Origin: an uncultured Pseudomonadales bacterium
Lineage (GTDB): Bacteria > Patescibacteriota > Microgenomatia > UBA1400 > UBA1449
Direction: 5' to 3'
DNA: 64,000 nucleotides
NCBI GenBank assembly: GCA_964386355.1
Contig: CAYLQQ010000003.1
Location: forward strand, 69,880-133,879
A program made the translations under genes and the position numbers. The notes under the pieces were generated by a model, which did no database searches, was not told the origin of the DNA, and saw nothing but the letters and a program-made list of their open reading frames with translations. This document shows, one piece after another, positions 36,358-47,103 of this stretch; within the stretch, counting starts at the first letter, position 1, and each line of letters starts with the position of its first letter.

Positions 36358-38574
36358 TTAAAACAAACTGAGTTGGTCTTCATTGATAACTTTCTTTTTG
36401 ATTGGGCTATTGAGCTTTGATAAACCCAAACTGCGATAGGTTCGTAAGCGTTTATAGTACATGATTTTTAACATTGGCACCTGGTCATCAAAATAATCAT
36501 GAACCACTGCTTGAGTTTTTCCTTCATATGGCCGCTGGACCCGGCCAATATTCTGGATCAATTTCCCCTTCCAGGAAAACGGAAAGGCTAAGAATAGGTG
36601 CGAGACTTCGGGCCAATCAAAACCTTCTCCAATTAGTTTACCGGTAGCAATTAGCAGTTGAAAACGGTCCTGATGTAATCTTTTAGCAATCCGTTCCCGT
36701 TGCTTTTTCGTCATAATACCTGTTGCAACCGCGGCATGAACACCTTTGATCTTTTGGCGAGTCATTTCAAGTAAGGTTTTACAGTGTTCCAGACGTTCGG
36801 ATAGTACCAAACACTTAGCTCCAGTAGCCAAAACAGCGGCAATATCAGTGACAATTTGCTCGTTTCGCTCTTTATCGGCAATTACTAACCGGCTTGCCTC
36901 CTGAAAATCCTCACATTTCGTATTCCCTTTGAATTGTGTTTTACGAGTAACCAATTGAGTTTCGATAGTAGGATTGATCTGAGTAGTTTTCTGTCCAGCT
37001 TCAGGTTCGGCAGTAACGATCTGATCTGATAGGTAGTAATACATTAACTTGTCTAGTTTATCTTTTCGATAGGCGGTAGCCGATAAACCCAATACATATT
37101 TAGCTGGAAATTGCTTAACTACCTGACTAAAGGTATTTGCTGGAACATGGTGGCATTCATCAATAATGACTAGTCCAAAGTCATTCTTAATTTCCTCTAT
37201 TCCTCTTCTGAAAAGAGTCATATAGGAAGCAATAGTGATCTTTTTCCCAACTTTCCATTTATTATCACCAATCAAACCAATGTCGTCCTTTGAAAGCTTG
37301 AAGTAATCACTAATTCGTTTATGCCACTGTTGAAGTAAAGTGTTGGTATGAACAATGATTAATGTCCTTTGCCGTAATTTTTTCATTAAAGCCAAAGCGA
37401 CCATAGTTTTGCCAAATCCAGGATTAGCATTTAAGATTACCCGGTTATACCCAATCAATTGTTTCAGGACTTTTTGCTGATCTTTCCTTAAAATAAGTTT
37501 TGAAGGAAAACTCGTGGTTTTTGTGGTGACCCTCTGATCATCAAAGGTAACTTTTAAATGTTCTTGCTGTGCAAAAGCAATTGTTTTCTCTAAAAAGCCT
37601 ATTGGTGCCAAAATCCCTTCAGGTTGAATTTCGAGAGTCTTAATAAATCGGGGAGTTTGCCAGGTTGAATAACCCAGACGTTCTTTTTCATAGAACTCAG
37701 GATTAGGAAAGTTGAGTTCCTGCTTCAGATATCGGTAGAGTTTATCCGGAAACCAAACGTTCGGAATAAATATACCAGAACTTAAGATTAATTTAGTTTC
37801 CTGCCCTTGAGTGGTAATAACTTTCTCACCGGCTTCAATTGATCCAACATCATCAAGGATGTTTTCGGCTTTCTCTGATTGAGTTTGAGAGGTCATTGTA
37901 ATTGGCTGGATTACAGGTATCTTCAAAATACTATCAATCCTACTGATAGCTATCTTTTTAACGCTGCCCAATATTTTCCACTGATCAGGAAATACCTTAC
38001 CCTCTTCATCAATGAAAGCGGTATACCCCTGTTTTAGGAACTGACCACAAAGAGGCAGGCAAATCAAGTTACCATAACCTTTGCCGGTATGCTCATCAGC
38101 GCTGGGAAACATCCGGTCAAAGGTATGCCGGTTAGTAATCCCGGCTTGGGATAAGAAATATTTACCCAATTGTCTGGCTTTATACCCCTCAACCAATTTC
38201 TCAAAGAAGAACCATAAGTGAGAACCGTTGCCGGATTTTGACCGTTCAATTAAATACGGTAAGTCATAGGTTCGAGCAATATCAGTTACTTTCCTAGTAG
38301 CTTCAAGCCAATTTTGACCATCAAAGTCAAAAGCTAAAAAGGCAGTCGTATTATCCGGAAACAATGGGTAAACACCAATAACCTCTTTGCCTGTCAGATG
38401 AGATTCAATAACCTGATCTGTTAATGCTTGAGGTTGGTGGTTTATAGAGTATACCGGTGTATAACCCGACTTTTTGCCAGAGTAATCTACCCAAAACCTG
38501 GCAAAAACATCCGTTCTAGTCCTAAAAAGTGACCGGGCTAGGTTAATTTGCTCTAAAGTAATAGGATTTCCCAT
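36358..38574 (-). CDS. TOTE-type archaeo-eukaryotic primase domain fused to an SF2 (ResIII/DEAD-like) helicase
   Basis: AEP part: FRTRTDVFAR, HLTGKEVIGVYPL, AFDFD, ERSKSGNGSHLW, GNLICLPL. Helicase part: NPGFGKT, IIDECHH, GLSAT, GEGFD, QNIGRVQR. Confidence 0.88.
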   Translation of the reverse strand: MGNPITLEQINLARSLFRTRTDVFARFWVDYSGKKSGYTPVYSINHQPQALTDQVIESHLTGKEVIGVYPLFPDNTTAFLAFDFDGQNWLEATRKVTDIARTYDLPYLIERSKSGNGSHLWFFFEKLVEGYKARQLGKYFLSQAGITNRHTFDRMFPSADEHTGKGYGNLICLPLCGQFLKQGYTAFIDEEGKVFPDQWKILGSVKKIAISRIDSILKIPVIQPITMTSQTQSEKAENILDDVGSIEAGEKVITTQGQETKLILSSGIFIPNVWFPDKLYRYLKQELNFPNPEFYEKERLGYSTWQTPRFIKTLEIQPEGILAPIGFLEKTIAFAQQEHLKVTFDDQRVTTKTTSFPSKLILRKDQQKVLKQLIGYNRVILNANPGFGKTMVALALMKKLRQRTLIIVHTNTLLQQWHKRISDYFKLSKDDIGLIGDNKWKVGKKITIASYMTLFRRGIEEIKNDFGLVIIDECHHVPANTFSQVVKQFPAKYVLGLSATAYRKDKLDKLMYYYLSDQIVTAEPEAGQKTTQINPTIETQLVTRKTQFKGNTKCEDFQEASRLVIADKERNEQIVTDIAAVLATGAKCLVLSERLEHCKTLLEMTRQKIKGVHAAVATGIMTKKQRERIAKRLHQDRFQLLIATGKLIGEGFDWPEVSHLFLAFPFSWKGKLIQNIGRVQRPYEGKTQAVVHDYFDDQVPMLKIMYYKRLRTYRSLGLSKLNSPIKKKVINEDQLSLF

Positions 38575-38606
38575 AGAATTACCCAATATTATACCCTATC
38601 ATATAG

Positions 38607-38661
38607 AAGTTTCCTTGACAGAAGGAAACTTATAGTGCATACTTTCCTTTGTACAAGGAAA
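38607..38661 (+). promoter_or_regulatory. Sigma70-like promoter overlapped by two palindromic operators
   Basis: TTGACA 38615-38620, 17-nt spacer, CATACT 38638-38643; palindromes AAGTTTCCTT-GACAG-AAGGAAACTT and TTTCCTT-TGTAC-AAGGAAA. Confidence 0.65.
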
Positions 38662-38696
38662 CTTTGTTAATAAATTTCCTAGTACTTAGCTTACCT

Positions 38697-39986
38697 ATGG
38701 CCGATAAAGACATCCTTAAAACCATTATTACAGATAACCAGCAGCGCGTACTCCCCGAAGTTTGGAAGCGGAGTCTAGAGATACCGCTTGAAAGTAGCAA
38801 GATCATTACCTTAAGCGGAGTTAGACGGAGTGGGAAAACGTATCACCTTTTCAACCTCATGAGCCAATTGAAAAATCAGGGAGTAGAAGCTAAACGTATT
38901 CTGTATATTAATTTTGAAGATGAGCGGCTACGCTTATCTGTTGATGAATTGGATTTAATCATTCAAGCTTACCAGGAATTATACCCGGATTTAAAACTAT
39001 CTGAGTGTTATTTTTTCTTTGATGAAATCCAGGAAATTGAAGGTTGGGAAAAATTTATCGCCAGAATCTATGCTTCAATCAGTCAGCATGTTTTTATTAC
39101 CGGTTCAAATGCTAAATTATTATCCAGAGAAATTGCCACCGCTTTACGTGGCCGGACCCTAACGTTTGAAATTTATCCTTTATCATTTACAGAATTTGTT
39201 AAGGTAATATCTCCTGGGTTAAGCCCTTATAGCAGCGCTGACAAAGCCAAGTTAGCGAGCCTGTTTGACCAGTTTCTATGCCAGGGAGGTTTTCCCGAAA
39301 TAATAAAACAGGAAGATAGCTTAAAAGAAAAAGTCTTACAGGAATACTTTAATGTCATGGTCTTTAGGGACTTAATTGAACGCTACCAAATTTCTCAAGC
39401 GACAATTTTGAAATATTTCTGTAAACGGGTAGTGGGGGCTAGTGGCGGAGAATTTAGTGTCAATAAAATCTTTAATGAGCTAAAATCTCAGGGATATCAG
39501 GTGGGAAAAGACACTTTGTATGACTATCAAGGGTACGTGGATGCCATTTATTTAAACCGGTTTATTCCCAGGTACTCACATTCGGTCGTTAAAGCTGAAA
39601 GCTCCCAAAAGAAAACGTATGTGATTGATCAGGGGCTTGGAGTGGCTCTAGATTATAAATTTGCCCAGGATAGAGGAAGACTACTGGAGACTACGGTTGC
39701 TTTAGAGATATTAAAACAAGGTAAGCAGATTGCCTATCAGCAAAATGGCAGTGAATGTGATTTTGTCACAATAGAAAAAGGTGCTGTTACCTCAGCTATA
39801 CAAGTGGCTGCTCAGCTAAGTGATTCTAAAACCAGAGAAAGGGAAATAAAAGGGTTAGTCCAAACCTGTCAGAAATTTAATTTGCCAGAAGGTAGTATAA
39901 TTACTTTTGACCAGATAGAACAACTGGAACAAGATGGTATTCATGTTCAGATAATGCCTGCTTGGCAATGTTTTCTGAAAGTTTAG
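38697..39986 (+). CDS. AAA+ ATPase with a DUF4143 domain
   Basis: GVRRSGKT, INFEDER, FFDEIQ, ITGSN, LRGR, GGFPE, KKTYVIDQGL, ECDFV. Confidence 0.9.
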   Translation: MADKDILKTIITDNQQRVLPEVWKRSLEIPLESSKIITLSGVRRSGKTYHLFNLMSQLKNQGVEAKRILYINFEDERLRLSVDELDLIIQAYQELYPDLKLSECYFFFDEIQEIEGWEKFIARIYASISQHVFITGSNAKLLSREIATALRGRTLTFEIYPLSFTEFVKVISPGLSPYSSADKAKLASLFDQFLCQGGFPEIIKQEDSLKEKVLQEYFNVMVFRDLIERYQISQATILKYFCKRVVGASGGEFSVNKIFNELKSQGYQVGKDTLYDYQGYVDAIYLNRFIPRYSHSVVKAESSQKKTYVIDQGLGVALDYKFAQDRGRLLETTVALEILKQGKQIAYQQNGSECDFVTIEKGAVTSAIQVAAQLSDSKTREREIKGLVQTCQKFNLPEGSIITFDQIEQLEQDGIHVQIMPAWQCFLKV

Positions 39987-40114
39987 GAATTAGAATTTAG
40001 TGGTGAATAAATAGCTTCTAAGGATATGGAATTCTCCAAAACCCAAGTTCTAACTTTGTAACAAGTGTACCACCATCTTTCGCTTCTTACACTTCTTTGT
40101 TACTATCCCACAGT

Positions 40115-41512
40115 ATGAAGTTCCAATTGCCAGACAAACTCACCTTTGTCGATATCGAAACTACCGGTTGCCATCCCCAAAAAGACAGAATTATTGAGAT
40201 TGGCATATTGCGCGTGGAAGATAATACGCTCGTCCAAAGTTACCAAACGCTTCTCAACCCCCAAACCCATATCTCACCCTTTATCGAGGACCTGACGGGA
40301 ATAAAAGCTACTGATCTGGAACAAGCACCTCTTTTTGAAGATATTCACCACGAACTATTTGACATATTAGATGAATCGGTATTTGTTGCCCATAATGTCA
40401 GGTTTGATTATGGGTTTATACGTAATGAATTTTTACGGTTAGGTAAAAAGTTCAGTGCTGATCATTTTTGTACAGCCAGGCTCTCCAAATCATTGTACCC
40501 ACAATATTCCAGGCATAACCTGGATGAGTTGATGCATAGGTTTGGTTTTGTATGTGAGAGTAGGCATCGGGCATTTGATGATGCTAAGGTATTGTGGGAT
40601 TTTTATCAGCTGGTACAAAAGCAGATCGACAAGGAGCATCTCATCAAGGCAGTGATGATTGGTTTAAAAAAACCAACCATCCCAATCAATTTAAACGAAT
40701 CAGTTCTCAAAGATATTCCTGATTGCCCGGGCGTTTACATTTTTTATGGCCAAAACGGTATGCCGATATACGTTGGGAAAAGTAAGCACTTACATGACCG
40801 GGTTTGCTCCCACTTTAGCGCCGATTACCTCTCGAGTAAAGACATGAAACTGAGCCAGCAGGTGTTTTCTATTGAGATACGCGAAACTGCGGGAGAGTTA
40901 GGGGCGTTACTTCTCGAGTCAAAGCTGGTCAAGCAACTGATGCCTATTTACAACCGCATGCTGCGCAAAGCACGTACACTCATTTTACTGAAACGCACAC
41001 AAAATGAGGATGGGTACTATACGATCTCAATCGGAGAAGCATTGGAAGTAAAACCCGATGAGATACCGGATATCATGGGAGTTTTCAGATCCAAACTTCA
41101 GGCGATCGACTTTCTTGTCAACATTACCAAAGAACACCGATTGTGCCAAAAGCTGTTGGGTTTGGAAAAGAGTGCCAAAAGCTGTTTTGGCTACCAGCTT
41201 AAGACTTGTAAGGGCGCATGTCTGGGTAAAGAAAAACCAGCTAGTTACAATGTTCGGTTAATGGACGCGCTGTCCAAAACTAAACTGCATAGCTGGCCAT
41301 TTGGGGGACCAATTGAGATTATTGAGGAGAACGAAGAATTGAATAGAAAAGATGTTTTTTTGATTGATAATTGGTGTATTGTCAAAACTACAGTCTTCAA
41401 TGGTGAAGTAAAAACAGATGCGTTCCAAAAGAAGCTTGATGTAGATGTGTACAGAATTTTAAAACGGCATGTATACCGCACCCAATCATATATACATTCT
41501 CATTCTGCATAA
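40115..41512 (+). CDS. DnaQ-like 3'-5' exonuclease fused to a UvrC/Cho-like GIY-YIG domain
   Basis: VDIETTG, AHNVRFD, HRAFDDA; PGVYIF...IYVGKS...RVCSHF. Confidence 0.9.
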   Translation: MKFQLPDKLTFVDIETTGCHPQKDRIIEIGILRVEDNTLVQSYQTLLNPQTHISPFIEDLTGIKATDLEQAPLFEDIHHELFDILDESVFVAHNVRFDYGFIRNEFLRLGKKFSADHFCTARLSKSLYPQYSRHNLDELMHRFGFVCESRHRAFDDAKVLWDFYQLVQKQIDKEHLIKAVMIGLKKPTIPINLNESVLKDIPDCPGVYIFYGQNGMPIYVGKSKHLHDRVCSHFSADYLSSKDMKLSQQVFSIEIRETAGELGALLLESKLVKQLMPIYNRMLRKARTLILLKRTQNEDGYYTISIGEALEVKPDEIPDIMGVFRSKLQAIDFLVNITKEHRLCQKLLGLEKSAKSCFGYQLKTCKGACLGKEKPASYNVRLMDALSKTKLHSWPFGGPIEIIEENEELNRKDVFLIDNWCIVKTTVFNGEVKTDAFQKKLDVDVYRILKRHVYRTQSYIHSHSA

Positions 41513-41559
41513 ATCCAACTTCCTTTATTCTTTGTCTCTCAACCTTTATACTAAATCTA

Positions 41560-43395
41560 ATGCCCAATTCCGCACAACTGGTTCCGCTGTGGGTCCGTTT
41601 TGCTACAGGAGAGAAACTTACTGGACTCAATGCTCTATCTCTTTTGTATCTACGCACTCAGGATACCGACTACGGTGGTGGGGATTTTGGCAGCCTGTAT
41701 AAACTAATAGATATTACTAGAGAAAATGGCTTATCTAGTATTCAACTTCTACCGCTTTTTGATACCGCGGAATATTCCAGCCCATATATGCCAGTCAGTT
41801 TTTTTGCGCTCAATCCAATTTATCTTTGGGTTGATGACCCCCTATTTGAAGGTTTGGGGGAAAAGCTAAGACAGGAACAAATACAGTGGGTTGACCAGCA
41901 GATTCCCCAATATGTTTTGTACGGGAAATTACGCCAGTTTAAGCTTGATGTGCTCAATCTTGCCTATGGGAAGCTGAAAACCATTCCTGAGTTTGAAACG
42001 TATAAAAAAGAGTGCAGGAGAGATACTCGTACCTGGGCTGAATTTTGCGCTTTTAAAGAGACTCATACGGGTGATTGGCAAAAGTGGCCAAAAACAACCG
42101 GTACAAACTCCAAACGGGTCGACTTTTACCTTTTTGTACAGTGGATTTTAGGAAGACAGTTGCAGTATATAAAACAGTATGCTGAACAAAGAGGTGTATA
42201 TATATGTTTGGACCGCCCGCTATATCCCCAAGTACAAAGCAGTGATGCATGGTCCAGGCAGGAACTGTTTTATTTAAAACCAGATGGATATCCGCAGTAT
42301 GTTTCGGGCTGCAGTAATCCCCAGGATCCGTTTGGTGACCAGGTTTGGGGACATGCAGTATATGATTTTAATACCCACGAACCTAAGATCAGAAGTTGGT
42401 TTGAAGATAGCATTGAGTATATGGTGCAGTTTTGTGATGCGGTGCGCCTCGATCATGTATTAGCTTTGATATGGAAATACTACCTAATAGATCCTCAAAC
42501 AAGTAGGGGTGAGCATAGAGTAGCTCAGGGACGGCGCTTGCTCGAGGACCTTGTGTGCAAATTTCCTCACACGTTCTTTATAGCTGAAGAAACAGGCTAT
42601 GAAAGTGAGGAAGCCGTTGATAAGCCCTTGAGAGAAATTGGGATGTCCGGTGTGCGCTGTATTCAATGGACAACAGAGAGAAACTACGATGTTTTATCAT
42701 ATCCACGTGCAAGTGTTGCGTATACTTCAACTCACGATTCCCAGCCACTTGTCACATGGTTCTCACAAAAAAGACAAACAGATAAAAGTTTGTGGTTACA
42801 AAAAATACGTGCACCATCTTCAATATCTGCTTTTCAGTTGCGCACGTCATTGATACATTCGGTTTTAACGTCCCCGGCACAGTTGTGTATGATCAATATT
42901 ATGGATATTCTGGGTGATACGCGGCGGCTGAATACGCCGGCCACTTCGGATGCTGACAACTGGAAGCTGCGTATGTTGCGTCCACTTGAGAAGGTAAAGT
43001 ATGGAAGTATCACAAATCATTCTAGTTCTGTGAACACGAGCGGAGCAGACCCCCAATCAGCTTATATGACACCCTCATATCCGAGGGTACTACACCTTGA
43101 TAATAATAGTAATTTCTCATTTTACATTGCTTCAAAAAATAAATTTGAGTATATCCAAATACATACAAACTTGCCAGAAATAAGCAAAGATAAAAAGTGG
43201 AGCGTGACCACTATACATGCATCTGAAATTAAACCAATCAAGATGGGGGATTATTATATTTGGAACATATCTATTTCAAAGACCTCCCTTACTGTACCAG
43301 GAACGTATGAGCTAGCTGTTAGCATCAAGTACGAAAATGGCGAATACACGTATCTTCAGAGCATGGGAAAGAATCTGAAAATCAATATATTGTAA
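41560..43395 (+). CDS. malQ: 4-alpha-glucanotransferase (GH77) with a C-terminal extra domain
   Basis: GDFG, IQLLPL, SPY..SFFALNPIY, QVWG, RLDH, IAEE, YTSTHD, RLNTP, NW. Confidence 0.85.
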   Translation: MPNSAQLVPLWVRFATGEKLTGLNALSLLYLRTQDTDYGGGDFGSLYKLIDITRENGLSSIQLLPLFDTAEYSSPYMPVSFFALNPIYLWVDDPLFEGLGEKLRQEQIQWVDQQIPQYVLYGKLRQFKLDVLNLAYGKLKTIPEFETYKKECRRDTRTWAEFCAFKETHTGDWQKWPKTTGTNSKRVDFYLFVQWILGRQLQYIKQYAEQRGVYICLDRPLYPQVQSSDAWSRQELFYLKPDGYPQYVSGCSNPQDPFGDQVWGHAVYDFNTHEPKIRSWFEDSIEYMVQFCDAVRLDHVLALIWKYYLIDPQTSRGEHRVAQGRRLLEDLVCKFPHTFFIAEETGYESEEAVDKPLREIGMSGVRCIQWTTERNYDVLSYPRASVAYTSTHDSQPLVTWFSQKRQTDKSLWLQKIRAPSSISAFQLRTSLIHSVLTSPAQLCMINIMDILGDTRRLNTPATSDADNWKLRMLRPLEKVKYGSITNHSSSVNTSGADPQSAYMTPSYPRVLHLDNNSNFSFYIASKNKFEYIQIHTNLPEISKDKKWSVTTIHASEIKPIKMGDYYIWNISISKTSLTVPGTYELAVSIKYENGEYTYLQSMGKNLKINIL

Positions 43396-43422
43396 GCTAT
43401 TCAAAATATGTATAATTACAGT

Positions 43423-44139
43423 ATGAAGCTTCGGAAACTTAAACTATTTATTCATAAGTTTTTCCTCTGGAAAAAAACGATCCCCACTGCAAGCCTTTTG
43501 TTATTTGCTGTTTTTGTGTTAGTACTTTTTTTCATCACTCAAGGTATGCGGCAAAAGAAGCAGGTCGCACAACAACCAAAAGGTATAGTGTTTGAAACTT
43601 TTTGGGAGATACTGCAAACTGAAAGTAAAAACTTTTTAAACGGAAGTGATTTGTATATTGCCGGTATTGAAGTAGTAAATTCAGGACAGTTTGTCAGGAG
43701 AGCTGGAAGATCCGCCATATGGCAGGCAAAAATAGTCCGCTGTGAGCAATTTTTTACCCAGCCAACAGAAGAAGACCAAAATAAGCTAAGTTGTGCAGGT
43801 CAGTCAGCGCTAGCAAGCATTGCCGACCCGGAAGCAACTAATTTATCTGGAAATCTTACTATTCAAGCTGACGAAATTCCGTTTTTGGGCACTGTAGTCA
43901 AAGCCTCAGATATCGTAATCGGTCCAAGTGTGGCTGAAGATACTGCAAATAAGCACGTCAACTATTCAGTTACTAAAACAGATGACTACTACTACAAACT
44001 GGTCATCAATCCTACAACCTTAAGACCTCTCTGGCAGATTGCTAAACAATGCAGTATACAGGCTAGGCAGGAAAAAACGTGCGATTCCTCGGAAGATTGG
44101 GTCGTTTTAGTTGATGCTACCTCCGGACAAACTCTCTGA
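43423..44139 (+). CDS. Hypothetical membrane-anchored exported protein (PepSY-like C-terminus)
   Basis: N-terminal TM; ends in VLVDATSGQ. Confidence 0.55.
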   Translation: MKLRKLKLFIHKFFLWKKTIPTASLLLFAVFVLVLFFITQGMRQKKQVAQQPKGIVFETFWEILQTESKNFLNGSDLYIAGIEVVNSGQFVRRAGRSAIWQAKIVRCEQFFTQPTEEDQNKLSCAGQSALASIADPEATNLSGNLTIQADEIPFLGTVVKASDIVIGPSVAEDTANKHVNYSVTKTDDYYYKLVINPTTLRPLWQIAKQCSIQARQEKTCDSSEDWVVLVDATSGQTL

Positions 44140-44151
44140 TACACTCAAACC

Positions 44152-44820
44152 ATGAAGCCCAATATTAACCACCTGATAAAAATCATATCTCAAATCAATA
44201 CTAGTACTGAACCGGTTGTTGAGATTGGATCATTTCAAGTTCCAGGGCAAGAGCACTATGCCAATTTACGTCCATATTTTGAGGGCAAGCAATACATTGG
44301 CTGCGATATGAGAAAAGGCATGGGTGTTGACCGTATTGAAAATATTGAAAAACTAAGCTTTAAGGATAACTCTGTAGGAACACTGCTCTGTTTAGAAACA
44401 TATGAACATGTGTGGGATATTTTTAAGGCAACTTCAGAAGTAATGCGAGTTTTGAAACCAGGGGGATTACTTGTGTTAAGTACAGTATTTAATCATCCCA
44501 TTCATGACCACCCATCTGATTATTGGCGTTTTACACCCGAGTCTTTGAACCAACTGTATAAAGCACTTAACCCACGACTGGTTGGATGGGAGGGTGAACC
44601 GGAAAACCCGCATACTGTTTTTATAGTAGGGTATAAGCATGGAGATAAAAAACAATCTGCTATTCTTAAAACAATCGCTCAAGCATATACGCAGTATTTT
44701 GATACGAAACCTTCCGAGTCCTTGAGACTACAGCTTCGCAAATGGCGCCACCAACCCATGCAGCAGATACGAAAACATATATCTGTCAAAGAAGAATTTA
44801 ACTTTAGCCTCAACAGTTGA
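44152..44820 (+). CDS. Class I SAM-dependent methyltransferase
   Basis: VVEIGS, YIGCD, EHV, RVLKPGG, HDHPSDYWRFT. Confidence 0.85.
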   Translation: MKPNINHLIKIISQINTSTEPVVEIGSFQVPGQEHYANLRPYFEGKQYIGCDMRKGMGVDRIENIEKLSFKDNSVGTLLCLETYEHVWDIFKATSEVMRVLKPGGLLVLSTVFNHPIHDHPSDYWRFTPESLNQLYKALNPRLVGWEGEPENPHTVFIVGYKHGDKKQSAILKTIAQAYTQYFDTKPSESLRLQLRKWRHQPMQQIRKHISVKEEFNFSLNS

Positions 44821-45217
44821 CAACTAGCTTAAATTATTCATCTATATAGCCAATTAAACTCACACATACATACTTGTAACAATCTCAGTTATGGTTGGAT
44901 TTTTTTATAATACCCTTCAAGAGCTTGTTGATCAATGCCTAAGTAAGAGTTGAAACAACCAAAGAATTGGTTTACCAATTCTGATTACTCTTCACATAGC
45001 TTTGCACTCAATAATATCTTTATTGGTAAGTTTCTCGTAGCATCAATCAAGCATGATGATTTATTTAGGTATGTATAACTCTCATCAATAATTGCCTTCG
45101 AAGAATTAAATCTAATAATTAATATATCAGTTTATATATCCCTGCTATAATCACGCTATACCTCCTGTTCCGATATATTGGAAATGTAGGTATTTTTATC
45201 ACATTTATAAGGCGCTA

Positions 45218-46987
45218 ATGGCAGGTAAGGACGAGGTAAAGCAAAAGATCGATATAGTTGATTACATAGGCTCGCAAATTCAGCTCAAACGGGCTGGTCG
45301 CAATTTTAAGGGCCTCTGTCCCTTTCACCTCGAGAAAACACCCTCATTCCATGTTTCTTCAGATAGGCAGATATTCAAGTGCTTTGGTTGCGGCAAATCG
45401 GGTGACATTTTCACCTTTTACCAGGAACGAGAGGGTGTGACCTTTTTTGAGGCGCTTAAAGATTTGGCTAAGATTGCCGGTGTAGAGCTTGACAGCTTCG
45501 AACCTAGCGATGAGTATAACCAGAAGCAGCGGTTATTAGAGTTACATGCAGCAGTAGCCAAGCTATTTAACTACCTTTTAATCCAACACCAAATAGGTAA
45601 AAAAGCCTTCCTCTACATCCAGGAGCGGGGTGTTACATCCAGTCAGATCAAAGAATTTAACCTTGGCTACGCTCCTGATAGTTGGCGAACGGTAACCGAT
45701 TATTTGACCAGAAGAAAAGGCTATAAGCCCGAAGAGGTTGAGGCGGCTGGATTGGCTATTCGCAGTTCAAACGGCTGGTACGACCGGTTTAGGGGGCGGA
45801 TCATGTTTCCGCTTACCGATCACAGGGGCAACCTGGTCGGGTTTTCAGGCAGGATACTACCTGATTTGGATGATGGTAAATCAGGCAAGTACATAAACAC
45901 ACCAGAAACAAGCATTTATCACAAAAGCCAGCTTTTATTCCCTTTATACAACCTCAAAGACAGGATTCGGGATGAAAAAAGCGTTGTCGTTGTTGAGGGG
46001 GAGTTTGATGTATTATCCAGTATTCGTGCAAGTGTAAGCAACGTCGTAGCTGTAAAAGGCTCAGCTTTGACAAAAGAACAGATTAGCCTCATCAAACGCT
46101 ACTGCGATACTGTTATTTTATCGCTGGATGCCGATAGCGCTGGCGTAGCAGCCGCTAAGCGCGCTATAAGTACACTTCAGATTCAGGAGCTGACTATCAA
46201 AGTGGTTGAAATACCAAACGGTAAAGATCCGGACGAGCTTGCCAGATCTGATCCCAAAGCTTGGCGGGAGGCTGTGAAACATGCGGTCAATATTTATGAT
46301 TTTTTCCTGGATGTAGCTCTGCGTCAGAATGACCCCAAAACCGTTGAAGGCCAAAAAAAGATGAGTGCCGAGTTATTACCCATTTTTTCAAAAATAGAGA
46401 ATAAAATTGAACAAGATCATTATCTCAAAAAACTGGCAGATACATTAGGCATGGCTAAAACTGTAATAGAAGGGGAAATGGAGCGGTTGGTCAAAAAAAG
46501 CCAGATCAATAGGCAATACATTAGCAGTGATACTAATCAGATTGAGAAAAAACCAAGTAGCCGTTTGGAGGCTTTGCTAGATGAGCAATTGACGCTTGTT
46601 ATACATTACTGGGAGACGGTCAGGATATGGTTTGTACCCGGCAGTCTTTTTGCCCAACAACTTGCAGATTTCCCGAAATCAGCCGTAACCTCGATTATGG
46701 AGCTACTCGTGGATAGGCAGCCTGAAAGTATGATTAGCTTTGCAAAAACCTTACCAATGCAACTTCAACCTAAATTTGATGACTGTTTCTTACAAGAACC
46801 AGAACAGATGTCGGTAGAAAAATTACGTAAATCTATAGAAAATATGCAGGCTGATATTGCAAAAATAGAACTTCGTGATAAACTAAACAAGTTGCGCCGC
46901 GATCTTACCTCGACAACTACCGAGCAGCGAGCAACAGTTGAGCAGCAAATCAATGACGTTTTGCTGCGTTTTCGTGTTTACAACTGA
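45218..46987 (+). CDS. dnaG: DNA primase
   Basis: CPFH..KTPSF, CFGC, DRFRGRIMFP, KYINTPET, VEGEFD, DADSAG, KDPDE. Confidence 0.98.
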   Translation: MAGKDEVKQKIDIVDYIGSQIQLKRAGRNFKGLCPFHLEKTPSFHVSSDRQIFKCFGCGKSGDIFTFYQEREGVTFFEALKDLAKIAGVELDSFEPSDEYNQKQRLLELHAAVAKLFNYLLIQHQIGKKAFLYIQERGVTSSQIKEFNLGYAPDSWRTVTDYLTRRKGYKPEEVEAAGLAIRSSNGWYDRFRGRIMFPLTDHRGNLVGFSGRILPDLDDGKSGKYINTPETSIYHKSQLLFPLYNLKDRIRDEKSVVVVEGEFDVLSSIRASVSNVVAVKGSALTKEQISLIKRYCDTVILSLDADSAGVAAAKRAISTLQIQELTIKVVEIPNGKDPDELARSDPKAWREAVKHAVNIYDFFLDVALRQNDPKTVEGQKKMSAELLPIFSKIENKIEQDHYLKKLADTLGMAKTVIEGEMERLVKKSQINRQYISSDTNQIEKKPSSRLEALLDEQLTLVIHYWETVRIWFVPGSLFAQQLADFPKSAVTSIMELLVDRQPESMISFAKTLPMQLQPKFDDCFLQEPEQMSVEKLRKSIENMQADIAKIELRDKLNKLRRDLTSTTTEQRATVEQQINDVLLRFRVYN

Positions 46988-47103
46988 TATATAAACATCA
47001 TTCTGGAGTTGCGCTACTTTACTCAGTTAACCAGGTTACGATTGAATCCGGTGGATTCTATCAAATGCCTATAGGCTCTTTCCAGAATGACATTTTTTGA
47101 TTC

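Noticed and set aside
35753-39986. Extension of the integrated element to include the AEP-helicase and AAA-DUF4143 genes
   Set aside because: I found no further copy of the att core beyond 35752, so these genes cannot be assigned to the element.
44821-45217. Decayed gene between the methyltransferase and dnaG
   Set aside because: Only short interrupted frames and no recognisable homology by eye.
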